The notes: generated by a model from the letters alone, not told the origin. DNA of 64,000 bases from an uncultured Acidimicrobiia bacterium (GCA_964195545.1 CAXMQQ010000084.1:11173-75172), one strand, 5' to 3'. Counted from the stretch's first letter, positions 9,935 through 19,858 are shown. A program made the numbers and translations.

Positions 9935-10813
9935 ATGACGTCAGCAGTCACCGTACGACAGGCGATTCCTTCCGACCACGCGGCGGTTGCCGCGTTCACC
10001 GAGGACACGTTCGAGTGGGGTGACTATGTCGCGGCGCTCTTCCTCGAGTGGCTCGAACGCCATGACATGTTCGTCGCCGTTGGCGTCAGCAGCGATGACG
10101 TTCCCATCGCTCTGGGCAGCGTGCGGATGCTTTCACCGACGGAGGCGTGGTTCCATGCGGCTCGCGTCCGACCCGATCTCCGAGGCCAGGGGATCGCAAC
10201 CGACATCTCAGTGGCGCTGCGTGCATGGGCGGCTGAACAAGGGGCAACCGTCGGACGGCTCCTCGTCGAGGACTGGAACGAGGCCTCGATCCGGCATGTC
10301 GAAAAGACGGGTCGTCGCAGGGTCGCCTCCATGGTGCGCTGCACAAAGCCCATCGGCGATGCATCACCCTCACCCGACGGCAACGGGGGACGCCGCATTC
10401 CATCACCGCTCCGTGCACGATCGGCTCACGCAGCCGATGCTCAGTCGGCGTACGCGTCGTGGTCGATCGGCGAACTGGGGCGCGCCTCTCGTCGCCTCTT
10501 CGGAGTCAGATGGTCGTTCCGGCGCCTCACCATCCAAGACCTGATCGCTGCGGCGAGAGGAAGTGCGTTCTGGGAGATCGGTGCAGGTTGGGCGCTTGCT
10601 TCGCCCGCAACCGGTGCCCGCTTTGAGGTGTCCTGGCTCGAGACGCGGGAGGAAGACGCAAATGACCTCCTCCGATCGCTCATCGACCTGGCGATCGGAT
10701 CCGGGTCCGAGTCGATCACAATCTGGGTTCCCGATGTCGACTGGGCCGTAAGAGCAGCCAGGCGCCTCGGCTTCGAGACATCCCTGATGCACGTCTACGC
10801 GGGTCAGCTTTGA
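9935..10813 (+). CDS. GNAT-family N-acetyltransferase (apparently two-domain)
   Basis: Acetyl-CoA binding motif RGQGIATD in the N-terminal domain. A second acyltransferase-like C-terminal half. Confidence 0.55.
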   Translation: MTSAVTVRQAIPSDHAAVAAFTEDTFEWGDYVAALFLEWLERHDMFVAVGVSSDDVPIALGSVRMLSPTEAWFHAARVRPDLRGQGIATDISVALRAWAAEQGATVGRLLVEDWNEASIRHVEKTGRRRVASMVRCTKPIGDASPSPDGNGGRRIPSPLRARSAHAADAQSAYASWSIGELGRASRRLFGVRWSFRRLTIQDLIAAARGSAFWEIGAGWALASPATGARFEVSWLETREEDANDLLRSLIDLAIGSGSESITIWVPDVDWAVRAARRLGFETSLMHVYAGQL

Positions 10814-10871
10814 GTGAATGGCGTCCCAGTTGGGTCAAGAACGCGGCCGTCTGACTGTCGGCTGTTCGCTG

Positions 10872-12089
10872 TTATCTGTCAGCTATGGCTTCCCAGTAGA
10901 GCTCAACGGGGTGCACCACATCGATCTCCTCATCAAGAAAGGTCCGGAGCTGCATCTCGCAACCGGGGTTGGCCGATGCGACGGAAGTCAGGCCGGTTGC
11001 TTCGATCTGCATCGCCTTCATGTGACCCAACTCACCGGACATCTCGGGATGGGAGAGTTGGTAGGCGCCCGCAGCGCCGCAGCACATCCCCGCCGGGTCG
11101 ATTTCGATCGGCTCATACCCCGCCGCTCTGAGAATCCTTCTGGGCTCCTCGACGATCCGCTGGGCGTGCCGGAGATGGCAGGGATCGTGGATCGCAATCG
11201 GAAGTTGATCTCCGGACACCTCAGGAAGTGATCCATCGGCGATCAAGGTGGCGATGAACTCGTTCGCATCGACAACGCGTGACGCCAGATCCGCACCGCC
11301 TTCCACCCAATGGTCGTAGCCCTTCATGAAAGCGCTGCACCCCGCCGAGTCGACGACGATCTGGTCGTACCCGGCAAAGGCCCCGAGGTTCTTGGCCACC
11401 ATCTTGGCCGCGTCGTACGCGGCCCCCTCGTGGGCGGCAAGCGCCCCACAGCAGGACTGGTTTGCCGGGACCACGACCCGATAGCCGGCGGTCCGGAGTA
11501 CCTGGATGGCGGCGACGTGGACGTTTGAGTACCACTGGTCCATCACGCAGCCTGCGAGGAATGCAACCGTGCCGACCGGCTCGCCGTCGGGGAGCCACTC
11601 ACGGCCCGCCGTGGTCGGAACCGGGAGCGGAATACGTCTCAGCGCAGTGACCTTTCCTGCGACCCCCGCCAGAGCAAACGGCATCTGTATCCGCTGGGCA
11701 ACCGCCACGATCCAGGAGAGAAAGACGACGGTCGACCGGGAAGCGATCGCACGGCCGAAGACCGTCCGTGTCGCGAATGTCTTCCAATCAGGCAATTGGG
11801 CGGTTACTTCGGCGCGTGCCCCTTCCATCAACCGACCGAACTGCACGAGCGATGGACAGGCCACCTCGCACCCGCGGCACTGGAGGCAGAGATCCATGAC
11901 CTCTGCGAACCGCTCATCCACACCGACAACCCCGCGGTCGACGGCCCTCATCGCCGCGATGCGCCCTCTGGGGGATGCCGACTCATCTCCGGTCACGCGG
12001 AAGGTGGGACAGGCGGGGAGACAGAGACCGCAGTCGATACATGCGTCGAGTTCTGGCGTCGTTGGCGCGAAGTCGGTGATCCAGCCCAT
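10872..12089 (-). CDS. glcF: (Fe-S)-binding protein, GlcF-like (glycolate oxidase iron-sulfur subunit family)
   Basis: Two 4Fe-4S motifs (CIDCGLCLPACP and CLQCRGCEVACP) plus Cys-rich CCG domains. Internal ATG start with TGATG overlap to glcE. Confidence 0.75.
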   Translation of the reverse strand: MGWITDFAPTTPELDACIDCGLCLPACPTFRVTGDESASPRGRIAAMRAVDRGVVGVDERFAEVMDLCLQCRGCEVACPSLVQFGRLMEGARAEVTAQLPDWKTFATRTVFGRAIASRSTVVFLSWIVAVAQRIQMPFALAGVAGKVTALRRIPLPVPTTAGREWLPDGEPVGTVAFLAGCVMDQWYSNVHVAAIQVLRTAGYRVVVPANQSCCGALAAHEGAAYDAAKMVAKNLGAFAGYDQIVVDSAGCSAFMKGYDHWVEGGADLASRVVDANEFIATLIADGSLPEVSGDQLPIAIHDPCHLRHAQRIVEEPRRILRAAGYEPIEIDPAGMCCGAAGAYQLSHPEMSGELGHMKAMQIEATGLTSVASANPGCEMQLRTFLDEEIDVVHPVELYWEAIADR

Positions 12090-13204
12090 CACGCACCACC
12101 CGGCATGATGCCCGGGTTGCAGATGCCCGCCGGATCGAACGTGGCTTTGATCCTTCGTTGGATCTCGATCGAAGCCGGGGGTGTGCCCCATGGATCGATA
12201 CCGGTGACGCCTCCTGCGACCATGACCAGCGCCCCACCGGTCGACTCGGCCCAGGATCTGGCCGCCGCGAACTCTCCGTCGTCAACACCAGGCACGCCTG
12301 CCTCGATTCGCCCGACGCCGTGTTCGGCGATCCACCGTGCGGCTCCGAGTCGTTTCACCCATTCGATAGCCTCCGGCACGTACGGTGCCGGAACGCGAAA
12401 CTCGATCCGAATCGGGCCGGTGATCGGTCCGGGCCAGACCAGCCCGGGGCGAGGATCGGCGCCGATGCTGCGTGCCTGCGCTGTGACCTGGCTCTCGGCA
12501 CCACCGAGAAAGAGGAACGAGCCTTCAGAGGTTTCGAGGACGGCGAGCGGTCGATACGTGCTCCCTAGAGCGGTTGCGGCATCTTCGATCTCGACCGTTG
12601 CCGTGGTGAGCGGCTGCGACCACAACTTCAGAGTTACGCTCCCGATCAATCCGAGGCTGCCGAGCGATCCGGTGAGTAGGCGAGGGAGTCCGTAGCCGGT
12701 AGATGACTTCACAACGGGGCTGCCGCCGGACACGACCTTCCCATACCCGGTCACCAATCCCAGCTGCAGCACCCGATCACGGGTCGGCCCATACCGAAGC
12801 CGGCGGTACCCGGAGAGTCCCGCTGCGACGACACCACCAATCGTCGCGCCGGGTGCCGTCTCCGGGAACACGGCGGTTTGGCCCCTGGACGCGATCTCGA
12901 CCTCGAGGGCGTCGACATCGACACCTGCCTGGACGACGATGGTGAGATCATCCGGCCTCCACTCAACGATCTGGTTCAAGCCCGCTGTCGTGATGACGAG
13001 TTCGGCTCTGACGGGGCTTCCGAACCCTGCGTGTGTTCCACCGCCGAGGAAGGTCGTCGGGATGTGCACTTCTGCTGCCGACCGAAGGATGGCCGTCGCC
13101 TCTTCCATCGATGTGGGGGCGACGACGAACTCCGCATCGACATCCGCGGTCTCATCCCGGAGGCGCTCGAAGAGCTTGCGGGTAACGGATGTCAGCGTCG
13201 TCAT
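12089..13204 (-). CDS. glcE: FAD-binding oxidoreductase, GlcE-like
   Basis: FAD-binding PCMH-type domain (LGGGTHAGFG...). ATGA overlap with glcD upstream and TGATG overlap with glcF downstream. The ORF-track Arg-rich N-terminal extension was rejected. Confidence 0.7.
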   Translation of the reverse strand: MTTLTSVTRKLFERLRDETADVDAEFVVAPTSMEEATAILRSAAEVHIPTTFLGGGTHAGFGSPVRAELVITTAGLNQIVEWRPDDLTIVVQAGVDVDALEVEIASRGQTAVFPETAPGATIGGVVAAGLSGYRRLRYGPTRDRVLQLGLVTGYGKVVSGGSPVVKSSTGYGLPRLLTGSLGSLGLIGSVTLKLWSQPLTTATVEIEDAATALGSTYRPLAVLETSEGSFLFLGGAESQVTAQARSIGADPRPGLVWPGPITGPIRIEFRVPAPYVPEAIEWVKRLGAARWIAEHGVGRIEAGVPGVDDGEFAAARSWAESTGGALVMVAGGVTGIDPWGTPPASIEIQRRIKATFDPAGICNPGIMPGGA

Positions 13205-14598
13205 GTGCCCGGCCGATCGAAGCAACGGGAGCCCTCCGGGAGGACCTTGCCGGGATTGAGCAGGCCTGCCGGATCGAACGCTTCGCGAACCCTGGCTTGC
13301 GCGTCGAGGTCGTCGGCGCTGAACACGTTCCTCATGAGGTCGCGCTTCTCGATCCCGATGCCGTGTTCGCCACTCAGGGTGCCACCGGCGGCGATCGCGG
13401 CGTGCACCATCTCGCGTGATGCTGCTACGACCTTGTCGGTCATGCCCGGCTCCGACGCGTCGTACGACACGAGTGGATGAAAGTTGCCGTCCCCGGCGTG
13501 GAAGACACTGAGAAGCCGAAGACCGTCGCGGTCGGCGATCGCGTAGATCTCGTTGAGCACGTCGACAAATCGGGTACGAGGAACGACCGTGTCGTTGAGG
13601 TAGTAATCGGGGGCGGCTTGAGCGACGGCGCCGAACGCCGACTTGCGGCCCTTCCACAACAATGCTCGCTCAGCGTCATCCGCAGCCGTGCGGATTGCAG
13701 CGGCAGCGTTACTTCTTGCGATCTCTCGTATGAGCTCAGCCTCCGCTGCGATGCCTTCGGGATACCCGACGACCTCAGCGAGCAGCACTGCGCCGGCACC
13801 GATGGGAAGACCGGCATGGATGAAGTTCTCGACAGCTTCGATCATCGGTCCGTCCATCATCTCGAGAGCGGCCGGAACGAGACCACTCCTGATGATCTCC
13901 GAAACGGTCTGCGCCGCATCGGCGATGCCGTCGAACGAGATCAGCATGGTCACGACATCGGGCGGGTTCTCGGTGAGACGCACCAGGGCTCGAGTGACGA
14001 TCCCGAGGGTGCCCTCCGATCCGACGATCAGACCGCGCAAGTCGTACCCGGGCATGTCGGGTGCAGCCCCGCCGAGGACAATGACATCTCCGTCCGCCGT
14101 CACGATCTCGACACCGAGGATGTGCGCGATCGTCGATCCTTCGGCGAGACAATGAGGGCCGCCAGCGTTCGTCCCGACGTTCCCCCCGATCGTCGATGAT
14201 TGCTGAGACGCCGGATCGGGAGCGAAGTGAAGGCTCCGATCTTCGAGCGTCTGGGAGAGCTCCAGATTGATGACACCGGGCCCGACCCATGCCGTCTGAC
14301 CGATCTCGTCGACTTCGAAGATTTCGTTCATCCGGGTGAGCACGACCAGCACCGAGCCCGGCTCCGGAACGGCCCCGCCGGCGAGCCCCGTTCCCGCTCC
14401 CCGAGCGACCACGGGCACTCGTTCAGCCGCTGCCATCCGCATGACGGCTGCCACTTCTTCGGTCGTCTCGGGCAGCACGACGATCGCCGGATCGCCGGAT
14501 CTGATGCCTGAGTCTTTGGCGTAGATCAGACGATCGATCGGATGCGTATGCACTCTGGTCACGCCGAGGAGTTCGACCAGCTGAGCAGCAAGATCCAT
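13201..14598 (-). CDS. glcD: FAD-linked oxidase, GlcD-like (glycolate or D-lactate dehydrogenase family)
   Basis: Internal ATG (MDLAAQLVELLG...). FAD-binding motif RGAGTGLAGGAVP. C-terminal HAGDGNFHP and GTLSGEHGIG motifs typical of GlcD/D-LDH. Confidence 0.8.
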   Translation of the reverse strand: MDLAAQLVELLGVTRVHTHPIDRLIYAKDSGIRSGDPAIVVLPETTEEVAAVMRMAAAERVPVVARGAGTGLAGGAVPEPGSVLVVLTRMNEIFEVDEIGQTAWVGPGVINLELSQTLEDRSLHFAPDPASQQSSTIGGNVGTNAGGPHCLAEGSTIAHILGVEIVTADGDVIVLGGAAPDMPGYDLRGLIVGSEGTLGIVTRALVRLTENPPDVVTMLISFDGIADAAQTVSEIIRSGLVPAALEMMDGPMIEAVENFIHAGLPIGAGAVLLAEVVGYPEGIAAEAELIREIARSNAAAAIRTAADDAERALLWKGRKSAFGAVAQAAPDYYLNDTVVPRTRFVDVLNEIYAIADRDGLRLLSVFHAGDGNFHPLVSYDASEPGMTDKVVAASREMVHAAIAAGGTLSGEHGIGIEKRDLMRNVFSADDLDAQARVREAFDPAGLLNPGKVLPEGSRCFDRPGT

Positions 14599-14614
14599 CC
14601 CAGCATCGTACTCC

Positions 14615-14680
14615 CAACACACCTGCGAACCCTGGGCTCGTAGATGCGTATAGGTGCTCTGCCAGCCCACAGTTCGCAAC
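14615..14680. promoter_or_regulatory. Conserved ~60-nt leader/operator element, copy 1 (reads toward glcD on the minus strand)
   Basis: About 90% identical to the reverse complement of 19522-19580. Contains the imperfect palindrome TGCGAACCCTGGGCTCGTA. Lies ~25 nt upstream of the glcD ATG. Confidence 0.5.
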
Positions 14681-14783
14681 GCCCATCGTTGGTCGGGATC
14701 GCTAGGCGCACATGCAGACACACGTGTTGGAACGATCGTGGCGGACAGCCGACGCCGGTCACTCCCGGGTAGTCTGATCGGGC

Positions 14784-16031
14784 ATGAATCAGCCCTCAGC
14801 CGCAGGACGGGAGAACTGGCCTGCCGGTGGTCAGGGACGTCGCGAATTCCTTGTGCTGATGGCTGCTGCGTCGGCGACCGTCGCGATCTCGATCGATGCG
14901 ATGCTCCCTGCATTCGGCGAAGTTCGCGAGTATCTCGGCTTGTCAACCGACTCGTCATCCGTTGCGCTCGTCGTGACGGTCTTCTTCGGAGGCCTTGGCG
15001 TCGGCCAGCTCATGTATGGACCTTTGGCCGATCGCTTTGGACGCAAACCTGTGTTCATCGCCGGACTGGTTCTCTACGCGACGGCGGGTCTCGCCACGAC
15101 GCTGGCAACTTCGCTCGGCGGGTTGCTCGTAGGACGGTTCTTCTGGGGGCTCGGTGCGGCGGGGCCGCGGATCGTCTCCCAAGCACTTCTTCGCGATCGC
15201 TTTAGTGGAGACGTCCTCGCCCGGGCGATGGCGATCATCCTGACGGTGTTCTTGATCGTGCCGACCCTTGCGCCGATTCTTGGACAGGCGCTGCTCCGGT
15301 TCGGATCGTGGAGATACACCTTCGCCGTCGGGCCGATTTTCGGCGTGATCGTTGCGTTGTGGGCCACGAGGCTCAACGAGTCGCTCGAACCGAGCGACCG
15401 GCGCCCAATAGACATCCGGTCCTTGGCACGGACTGTTCACTCGATTCTGAAGACTCGAAGAACCCTCGGGAACGCAATCGCTCTGATGGTCATGAGCGCG
15501 GCGTTTCTTCCCTATCTGGCGTCTTCTGAGAGGATGTACGGAGAGATCTACGGCCGAGCAGATACGTTCTTCATGTTCTTCGCTGCCAGTTCGGTCGTCA
15601 TGGCCGGATTTACAGTGATATCCATCTGGTTCGTCAGGCGGATTGGAGCCCGCCGCACCACCGCAGGGACTCTCGTCCTTTTGGTTGTCGTGGCGACGGT
15701 AAATCTGACGGTCACCGTCAATTCGACTGGTGTTCCTTCGTTCGTGTTCTTCTTCGTAGCGACGACGCTGATGATCTCGCTGAATACGGTGCTATCACCG
15801 TTGTTGACGTCGGGTGCACTCGATGAGGTTGGATGGGCAGCAGGAACGGCTGCCTCGACGATCGGCTTCATCAGTCTTATGGGAGGTGCTCTCCTGTCGC
15901 CACTGGTTGATACGGCGATTCAATCGACGGTGACCCCTTTCGCCGGCGGATTCCTCATGTTCTCCCTGATCGCAACGTTGTCCGTCATGTGGGCCGACAA
16001 GGACCGCTTGCCCGCCGACAACGTCGCCTGA
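14784..16031 (+). CDS. MFS transporter (Bcr/CflA-like drug-resistance subfamily)
   Basis: 12 predicted TM helices. MFS signature loop GPLADRFGRKP between TM2 and TM3. Confidence 0.8.
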   Translation: MNQPSAAGRENWPAGGQGRREFLVLMAAASATVAISIDAMLPAFGEVREYLGLSTDSSSVALVVTVFFGGLGVGQLMYGPLADRFGRKPVFIAGLVLYATAGLATTLATSLGGLLVGRFFWGLGAAGPRIVSQALLRDRFSGDVLARAMAIILTVFLIVPTLAPILGQALLRFGSWRYTFAVGPIFGVIVALWATRLNESLEPSDRRPIDIRSLARTVHSILKTRRTLGNAIALMVMSAAFLPYLASSERMYGEIYGRADTFFMFFAASSVVMAGFTVISIWFVRRIGARRTTAGTLVLLVVVATVNLTVTVNSTGVPSFVFFFVATTLMISLNTVLSPLLTSGALDEVGWAAGTAASTIGFISLMGGALLSPLVDTAIQSTVTPFAGGFLMFSLIATLSVMWADKDRLPADNVA

Positions 16032-16076
16032 AGTCGGACGGCGAGGGCAGCGCCCGCCTTGAGATACCACGCGCCT

Positions 16077-17621
16077 TCAGGGCGTTCCCCAGCCTCCACC
16101 GCCGGGAGTGAGGACCCTGAGTCGATCGCCGGAATCGACCTCGATGGTGCACTTGCCCGGGAGTCGCTCGCCGGAACCGCCGCGGAGCAGCCAGTCTTCG
16201 CCGACGGCACCCGGTTCACCACCCTGGAGTCCCCACGGCTGGAGGCGTCTACGTTCTCCCATGAGAGAGACCGTTGCACCCGTGAGGAACTCGATCTCTC
16301 GTTCGATCCCTTCGCCACCCTGGTAACGACCGCGACCACCCGACCCCGAACGCAGCCGGTACGCGACAATCCGGAACGGATAGTGGGCTTCAAGTGACTC
16401 GACCGGCGTGTTCTTCGTGTTCGTCATCCCCGTGTGGATCCCCGACTGGCCGGCGCTCCTCGGTCGACCACCCTGGCCGCCGCCGACCGTCTCGTAGAAG
16501 GCGAAGTTGTCGTTGCCGATCAGCACGTTGTTCATCGTGCCCTGGCTGGCCGCAGGAACCCGGTTGGGGGCCGCCTGGGCGAGCGCTCCGAGCAGCGTGT
16601 CGGCGATCCGTTGGCTCGTCTCCACATTGCCCGCGGCAACGGCAGCGGGTCGCTCTGCATCGACGATCGTGCCGGGTTGTGTTGTGAGAGTCAGCGCCCG
16701 GTAGCAGCCTCCGTTGGCGGGGATGGTCGGGTCGGTCGCAACTCGGACCGCGTAGTAGAGGCACGAACGCGTGACGGCCTGTACCGCGTTGATGTTCCCG
16801 GCGATCTGGGGAGAGCTCCCGGCGAAGTCCGCTTCGAGGTGGTCGCCGTCGATCGTCACCAACGCTGTGATCGGGAGATCTTCGTCACCCCATTCAAGGA
16901 AGTCGGTGAAGCCGTAGGCCCCGTCGGGCAGCTCACCAATGGCTGCTGTCGTCCTCAGTTCCCCGTAGGACAGCAGTGCCGCGGTGACGGCGCCCCATCG
17001 GTCGATGCCCTCAGATGAGACGAGTCGTTCGATGCGCTGGGCTCCCGCTTCGTTCGCTCCCATCTGAGCGGAGAGGTCACCGAGGCGTTCGGCAGGTGTT
17101 CGCGTGGCATCGAGGAACGGATCGACGAAGGAGTCGATCCACGCACCATCGCGGGCCGCCGGCATGGGCGAGACGATGTGCCCTTCCTGCTCAACCCTGG
17201 TGGCGTGGGCTGGCATCGACCCGGGAGCCTCTCCTCCGACGTCGGCATGGTGAGCACGATTCGCCACCCATGCGGCGAGTCGGCCCGCGACGAACACTGG
17301 TCGGACGAGAGTGAGGTCGTTGAGATGTGTCCCGCCCTCGTACGGGTCGTTGACGGCGAACTGGGTACCAGGTTCGACATCGGTCCCGAACCGTTCGAGC
17401 GTCGCTGCGACGGACGCGGGCATCGAGCCGAGGTGGACGGGGATGTGTTCGGCCTGCGCCAGCATCTCCCCGGTCGGATCGAACAGGGCCGCTGAGCAGT
17501 CCGCTCGCTCCTTGATGTTCGGCGAGTAGGCGGTTCTTCGCAGCACGATCCCCATGTCGTCTGCGATGGCTTCGAGTCGGTTCCTCGCAACTTCGAGCGT
17601 GATCGGATCGACGGTCACCAC
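16077..17621 (-). CDS. hyuB: Hydantoinase B / 5-oxoprolinase subunit
   Basis: N-terminus DPITLEVARNRLEAIADDMGIVLRRTAYSPNIKERADCSAALFD is diagnostic of hydantoinase_B. Confidence 0.85.
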   Translation of the reverse strand: MVTVDPITLEVARNRLEAIADDMGIVLRRTAYSPNIKERADCSAALFDPTGEMLAQAEHIPVHLGSMPASVAATLERFGTDVEPGTQFAVNDPYEGGTHLNDLTLVRPVFVAGRLAAWVANRAHHADVGGEAPGSMPAHATRVEQEGHIVSPMPAARDGAWIDSFVDPFLDATRTPAERLGDLSAQMGANEAGAQRIERLVSSEGIDRWGAVTAALLSYGELRTTAAIGELPDGAYGFTDFLEWGDEDLPITALVTIDGDHLEADFAGSSPQIAGNINAVQAVTRSCLYYAVRVATDPTIPANGGCYRALTLTTQPGTIVDAERPAAVAAGNVETSQRIADTLLGALAQAAPNRVPAASQGTMNNVLIGNDNFAFYETVGGGQGGRPRSAGQSGIHTGMTNTKNTPVESLEAHYPFRIVAYRLRSGSGGRGRYQGGEGIEREIEFLTGATVSLMGERRRLQPWGLQGGEPGAVGEDWLLRGGSGERLPGKCTIEVDSGDRLRVLTPGGGGWGTP

Positions 17622-19507
17622 GTCACCTCCAGCGCGCCGGAAGGAGCGACCACGGCCTGCTCCCCCGGGCCGATCCAGGTGGTTGCCTCGCGCTCCTCAA
17701 TGACGGCCGGTCCAACGATCTCCGCCCCAACCGGAAGCCCATCCCGTCTCCACACGCCTGCCTCCGTCTGTCCGGCATCCGCGACGACCATCCTGGTTCC
17801 AAGGCGAGCCTCGCCGTCTGGGGACCAGGAGAAGGCAGTGTCGGGATCGATCGCCGGTGTCCCGGCAACGGTGGCACGAACCGTGACGATCTCGATCGGG
17901 TCGCTCGGTCGGGCGAATCCGTTTCGTTCCCGATGGAGAGCGTGGAAGCGGTCTGAGAGCACCCGCCACCCGTCTCCTGCGGTGTACGGAACGGTGACCT
18001 CGTGTGACTGTCCCAGGTAGCGCACGTCGGCGAGGGTCTCGAGGATGCCGATCGGCAACCGCCCGAGTGCCTCTGATCCGAGCCGGTCGATGTCGGGATC
18101 CGGGTTCTCGCCTTCGCGGAGAAGGACGCTGCGGGCCACATCAACTCTGGGAGGACTGAGGAGAAGACCCACGGCGGAGAAGACGCCGCCGAAGGGAGGA
18201 ATGACCACACCCGCCATATCGAGTGATCGGGCCAGAGCGGTGGCGTGGAGACCTCCGGCACCACCGAAAGCGACCAGCCAGGCGTCGCGGGGATCAGCCC
18301 CCTCTTCAATGGAAACCGTACGGATCGCCCCTGCCATGACCTCTTCGACGACGCGGACCACACCGAGGGCAGCCTCTTCAACCGTGAGCCCCAGGGGCTC
18401 ACCAAGACCGAAGAGAGCAGCCTCTGAGAGCGCACGGTCGATCGTGAGACGACCGCCGAGCGAGGCGTTGGGAGCGATCCTGCCGAGGACCACATTCGCG
18501 TCGGTGGCGGTGGTCTCGTTGCCACCCCTCCCGTAGCAAGCTGGCCCTGGCTCTGCCCCTGCGCTCCTGGGACCGACGCGAAGCGAGCCGCCCGGGTCGA
18601 TCCATCCGACACTTCCGCCGCCTGCTCCGACGGTGTGGATCGCAGTCGACGGCATCCGGCATGGGTAACCGGCGACCGCCCGTTCATAGGAGATCTCCGG
18701 CCTTCCGTTCTGGATACGGCAGACGTCCGTCGAAGTGCCACCCATGTCGAACGCGATGATGTGATCCCTGCCCAGCGTTGTGCCGATCGCCGCGGCGGCG
18801 ACGACACCGCCCGCGGGACCGGAAAGGAGAATGGATGCGGGGAGCGCAGCCGCGTCGGACCCACTGATGAGACCCCCCGACGAGCGCATCACGGCGATGG
18901 CGTCGGCGAGTCCACTCAAACGAACGCCTTCTTCGAGTCTGGCGAGGTAGTCGGCGACGACCGGCGTGAGGTATGCGTTGAGGACGGTCGTGGATGTTCG
19001 TTCGAACTCCCGGAATTCGGCAACCACCTCGCTCGAGAGGGAGATGGAGACATGTGGTGCACGTTGCGCCGCCTCGCGTCCAATCGCCTGTTCCTGACAT
19101 GGGTCTTCGTACGACCGGAGCAGGCTGATGGCGATGGCTTCTATGTTGGTGAGATCTGCTTCTGCGAGATTCGAAACGCGGTCCCCTCGGTCAACGAGAG
19201 GCTTGGGGCGATCGGCGAACGGGTCGTAGAGGCTGGGGCGGTCCTGGCGGCCGATCTCGATGACATCCTCGAATCCGGGTGACGTGACCAGCAGCGTCCG
19301 TGCACCGGTTCGCTCAAGTAGTGCGTTCGTCGCGGCGGTCGTCCCGTGCAGGAAGGATTCGACATGATCCGCGAGTTCCGCCGCTCCCTCGAGAACAGCT
19401 TCGCTCTGATCGGCGGTCGTCGTCGGGAGTTTCGCCGTGTGGATCTCGGAGCCGTCCCAGAAGAACAGGTCCGTGAATGTGCCTCCGACGTCAACCCCGA
19501 GGATCAT
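17615..19507 (-). CDS. hyuA: Hydantoinase A / 5-oxoprolinase subunit
   Basis: ATG start (MILGVDVGGTFTDLF), an ASKHA-fold hydantoinase_A N-terminus. Overlaps the hyuB start by 7 nt. Confidence 0.85.
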   Translation of the reverse strand: MILGVDVGGTFTDLFFWDGSEIHTAKLPTTTADQSEAVLEGAAELADHVESFLHGTTAATNALLERTGARTLLVTSPGFEDVIEIGRQDRPSLYDPFADRPKPLVDRGDRVSNLAEADLTNIEAIAISLLRSYEDPCQEQAIGREAAQRAPHVSISLSSEVVAEFREFERTSTTVLNAYLTPVVADYLARLEEGVRLSGLADAIAVMRSSGGLISGSDAAALPASILLSGPAGGVVAAAAIGTTLGRDHIIAFDMGGTSTDVCRIQNGRPEISYERAVAGYPCRMPSTAIHTVGAGGGSVGWIDPGGSLRVGPRSAGAEPGPACYGRGGNETTATDANVVLGRIAPNASLGGRLTIDRALSEAALFGLGEPLGLTVEEAALGVVRVVEEVMAGAIRTVSIEEGADPRDAWLVAFGGAGGLHATALARSLDMAGVVIPPFGGVFSAVGLLLSPPRVDVARSVLLREGENPDPDIDRLGSEALGRLPIGILETLADVRYLGQSHEVTVPYTAGDGWRVLSDRFHALHRERNGFARPSDPIEIVTVRATVAGTPAIDPDTAFSWSPDGEARLGTRMVVADAGQTEAGVWRRDGLPVGAEIVGPAVIEEREATTWIGPGEQAVVAPSGALEVTW

Positions 19508-19521
19508 TCGGACCACTCGAT

Positions 19522-19580
19522 CGCCGAACTGTGGGCTGACAGAGCACCTATTCGCACCTGCGAACCCAGGGTTCGCAGTG
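19522..19580. promoter_or_regulatory. Conserved ~60-nt leader/operator element, copy 2 (reads toward nfu on the plus strand)
   Basis: CGAACTGTGGGCTGACAGAGCACCTATTCGCACCTGCGAACCCAGGGTTCGCAG with the perfect 9-1-9 palindrome TGCGAACCCAGGGTTCGCA. Lies 22 nt upstream of the nfu ATG, inside the 93-bp hyuA/nfu divergent region. Confidence 0.5.
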
Positions 19581-19600
19581 CACTAGGGTTGGGAAGCGAA

Positions 19601-19858
19601 ATGGCAGTACGGATCTCGAACACTCCCAATCCCAACGCTCTCAAGTTCTCGGTCGGCGTCGACGTCGGCGGACCCGCCACCTTCGTTGCCGGACCCGATA
19701 TCGACGACCCCACGGCAGCCGCCCTGGTTGCGATCGATGGTGTCACGAGCGTGTTCATGACCGCCGACTTCGTGACCCTGTCCAAGACGCCGGACACATC
19801 GTGGGATGTGATCGCTCCCCTGGCGACCGATCTGCTCGAACAGCGATTCGGAGTCTGA
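19601..19858 (+). CDS. NifU/Nfu N-terminal domain protein (Fe-S cluster scaffold-like, 85 aa)
   Basis: N-terminal motif RISNTPNPNALKF matches Nfu_N (TPNP..LKF). Confidence 0.6.
   Translation: MAVRISNTPNPNALKFSVGVDVGGPATFVAGPDIDDPTAAALVAIDGVTSVFMTADFVTLSKTPDTSWDVIAPLATDLLEQRFGV

Noticed and set aside
14559-14762. Small ORFs overlapping the two copies of the conserved element that translate to similar peptides (ELWAGRAPIRIYEPRVR and ELWADRAPIRTCEPRVR)
   Set aside because: The nucleotide differences between copies are mostly non-synonymous in that frame and the ORFs lie on opposite strands relative to their neighbours, so the conservation is at the DNA/RNA level rather than protein-coding.
12089-14958. 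Long Arg-rich N-terminal extensions of glcD, glcE and glcF (and of folK::folE, fxsA, ybaB, dnaX, phnD and the histidine kinase) as given by the ORF track
   Set aside because: Internal ATG/GTG starts coincide with stop/start overlaps (ATGA, TGATG) or good RBSs and with the conserved N-termini of the families. The extensions overlap upstream genes and have low-complexity composition.
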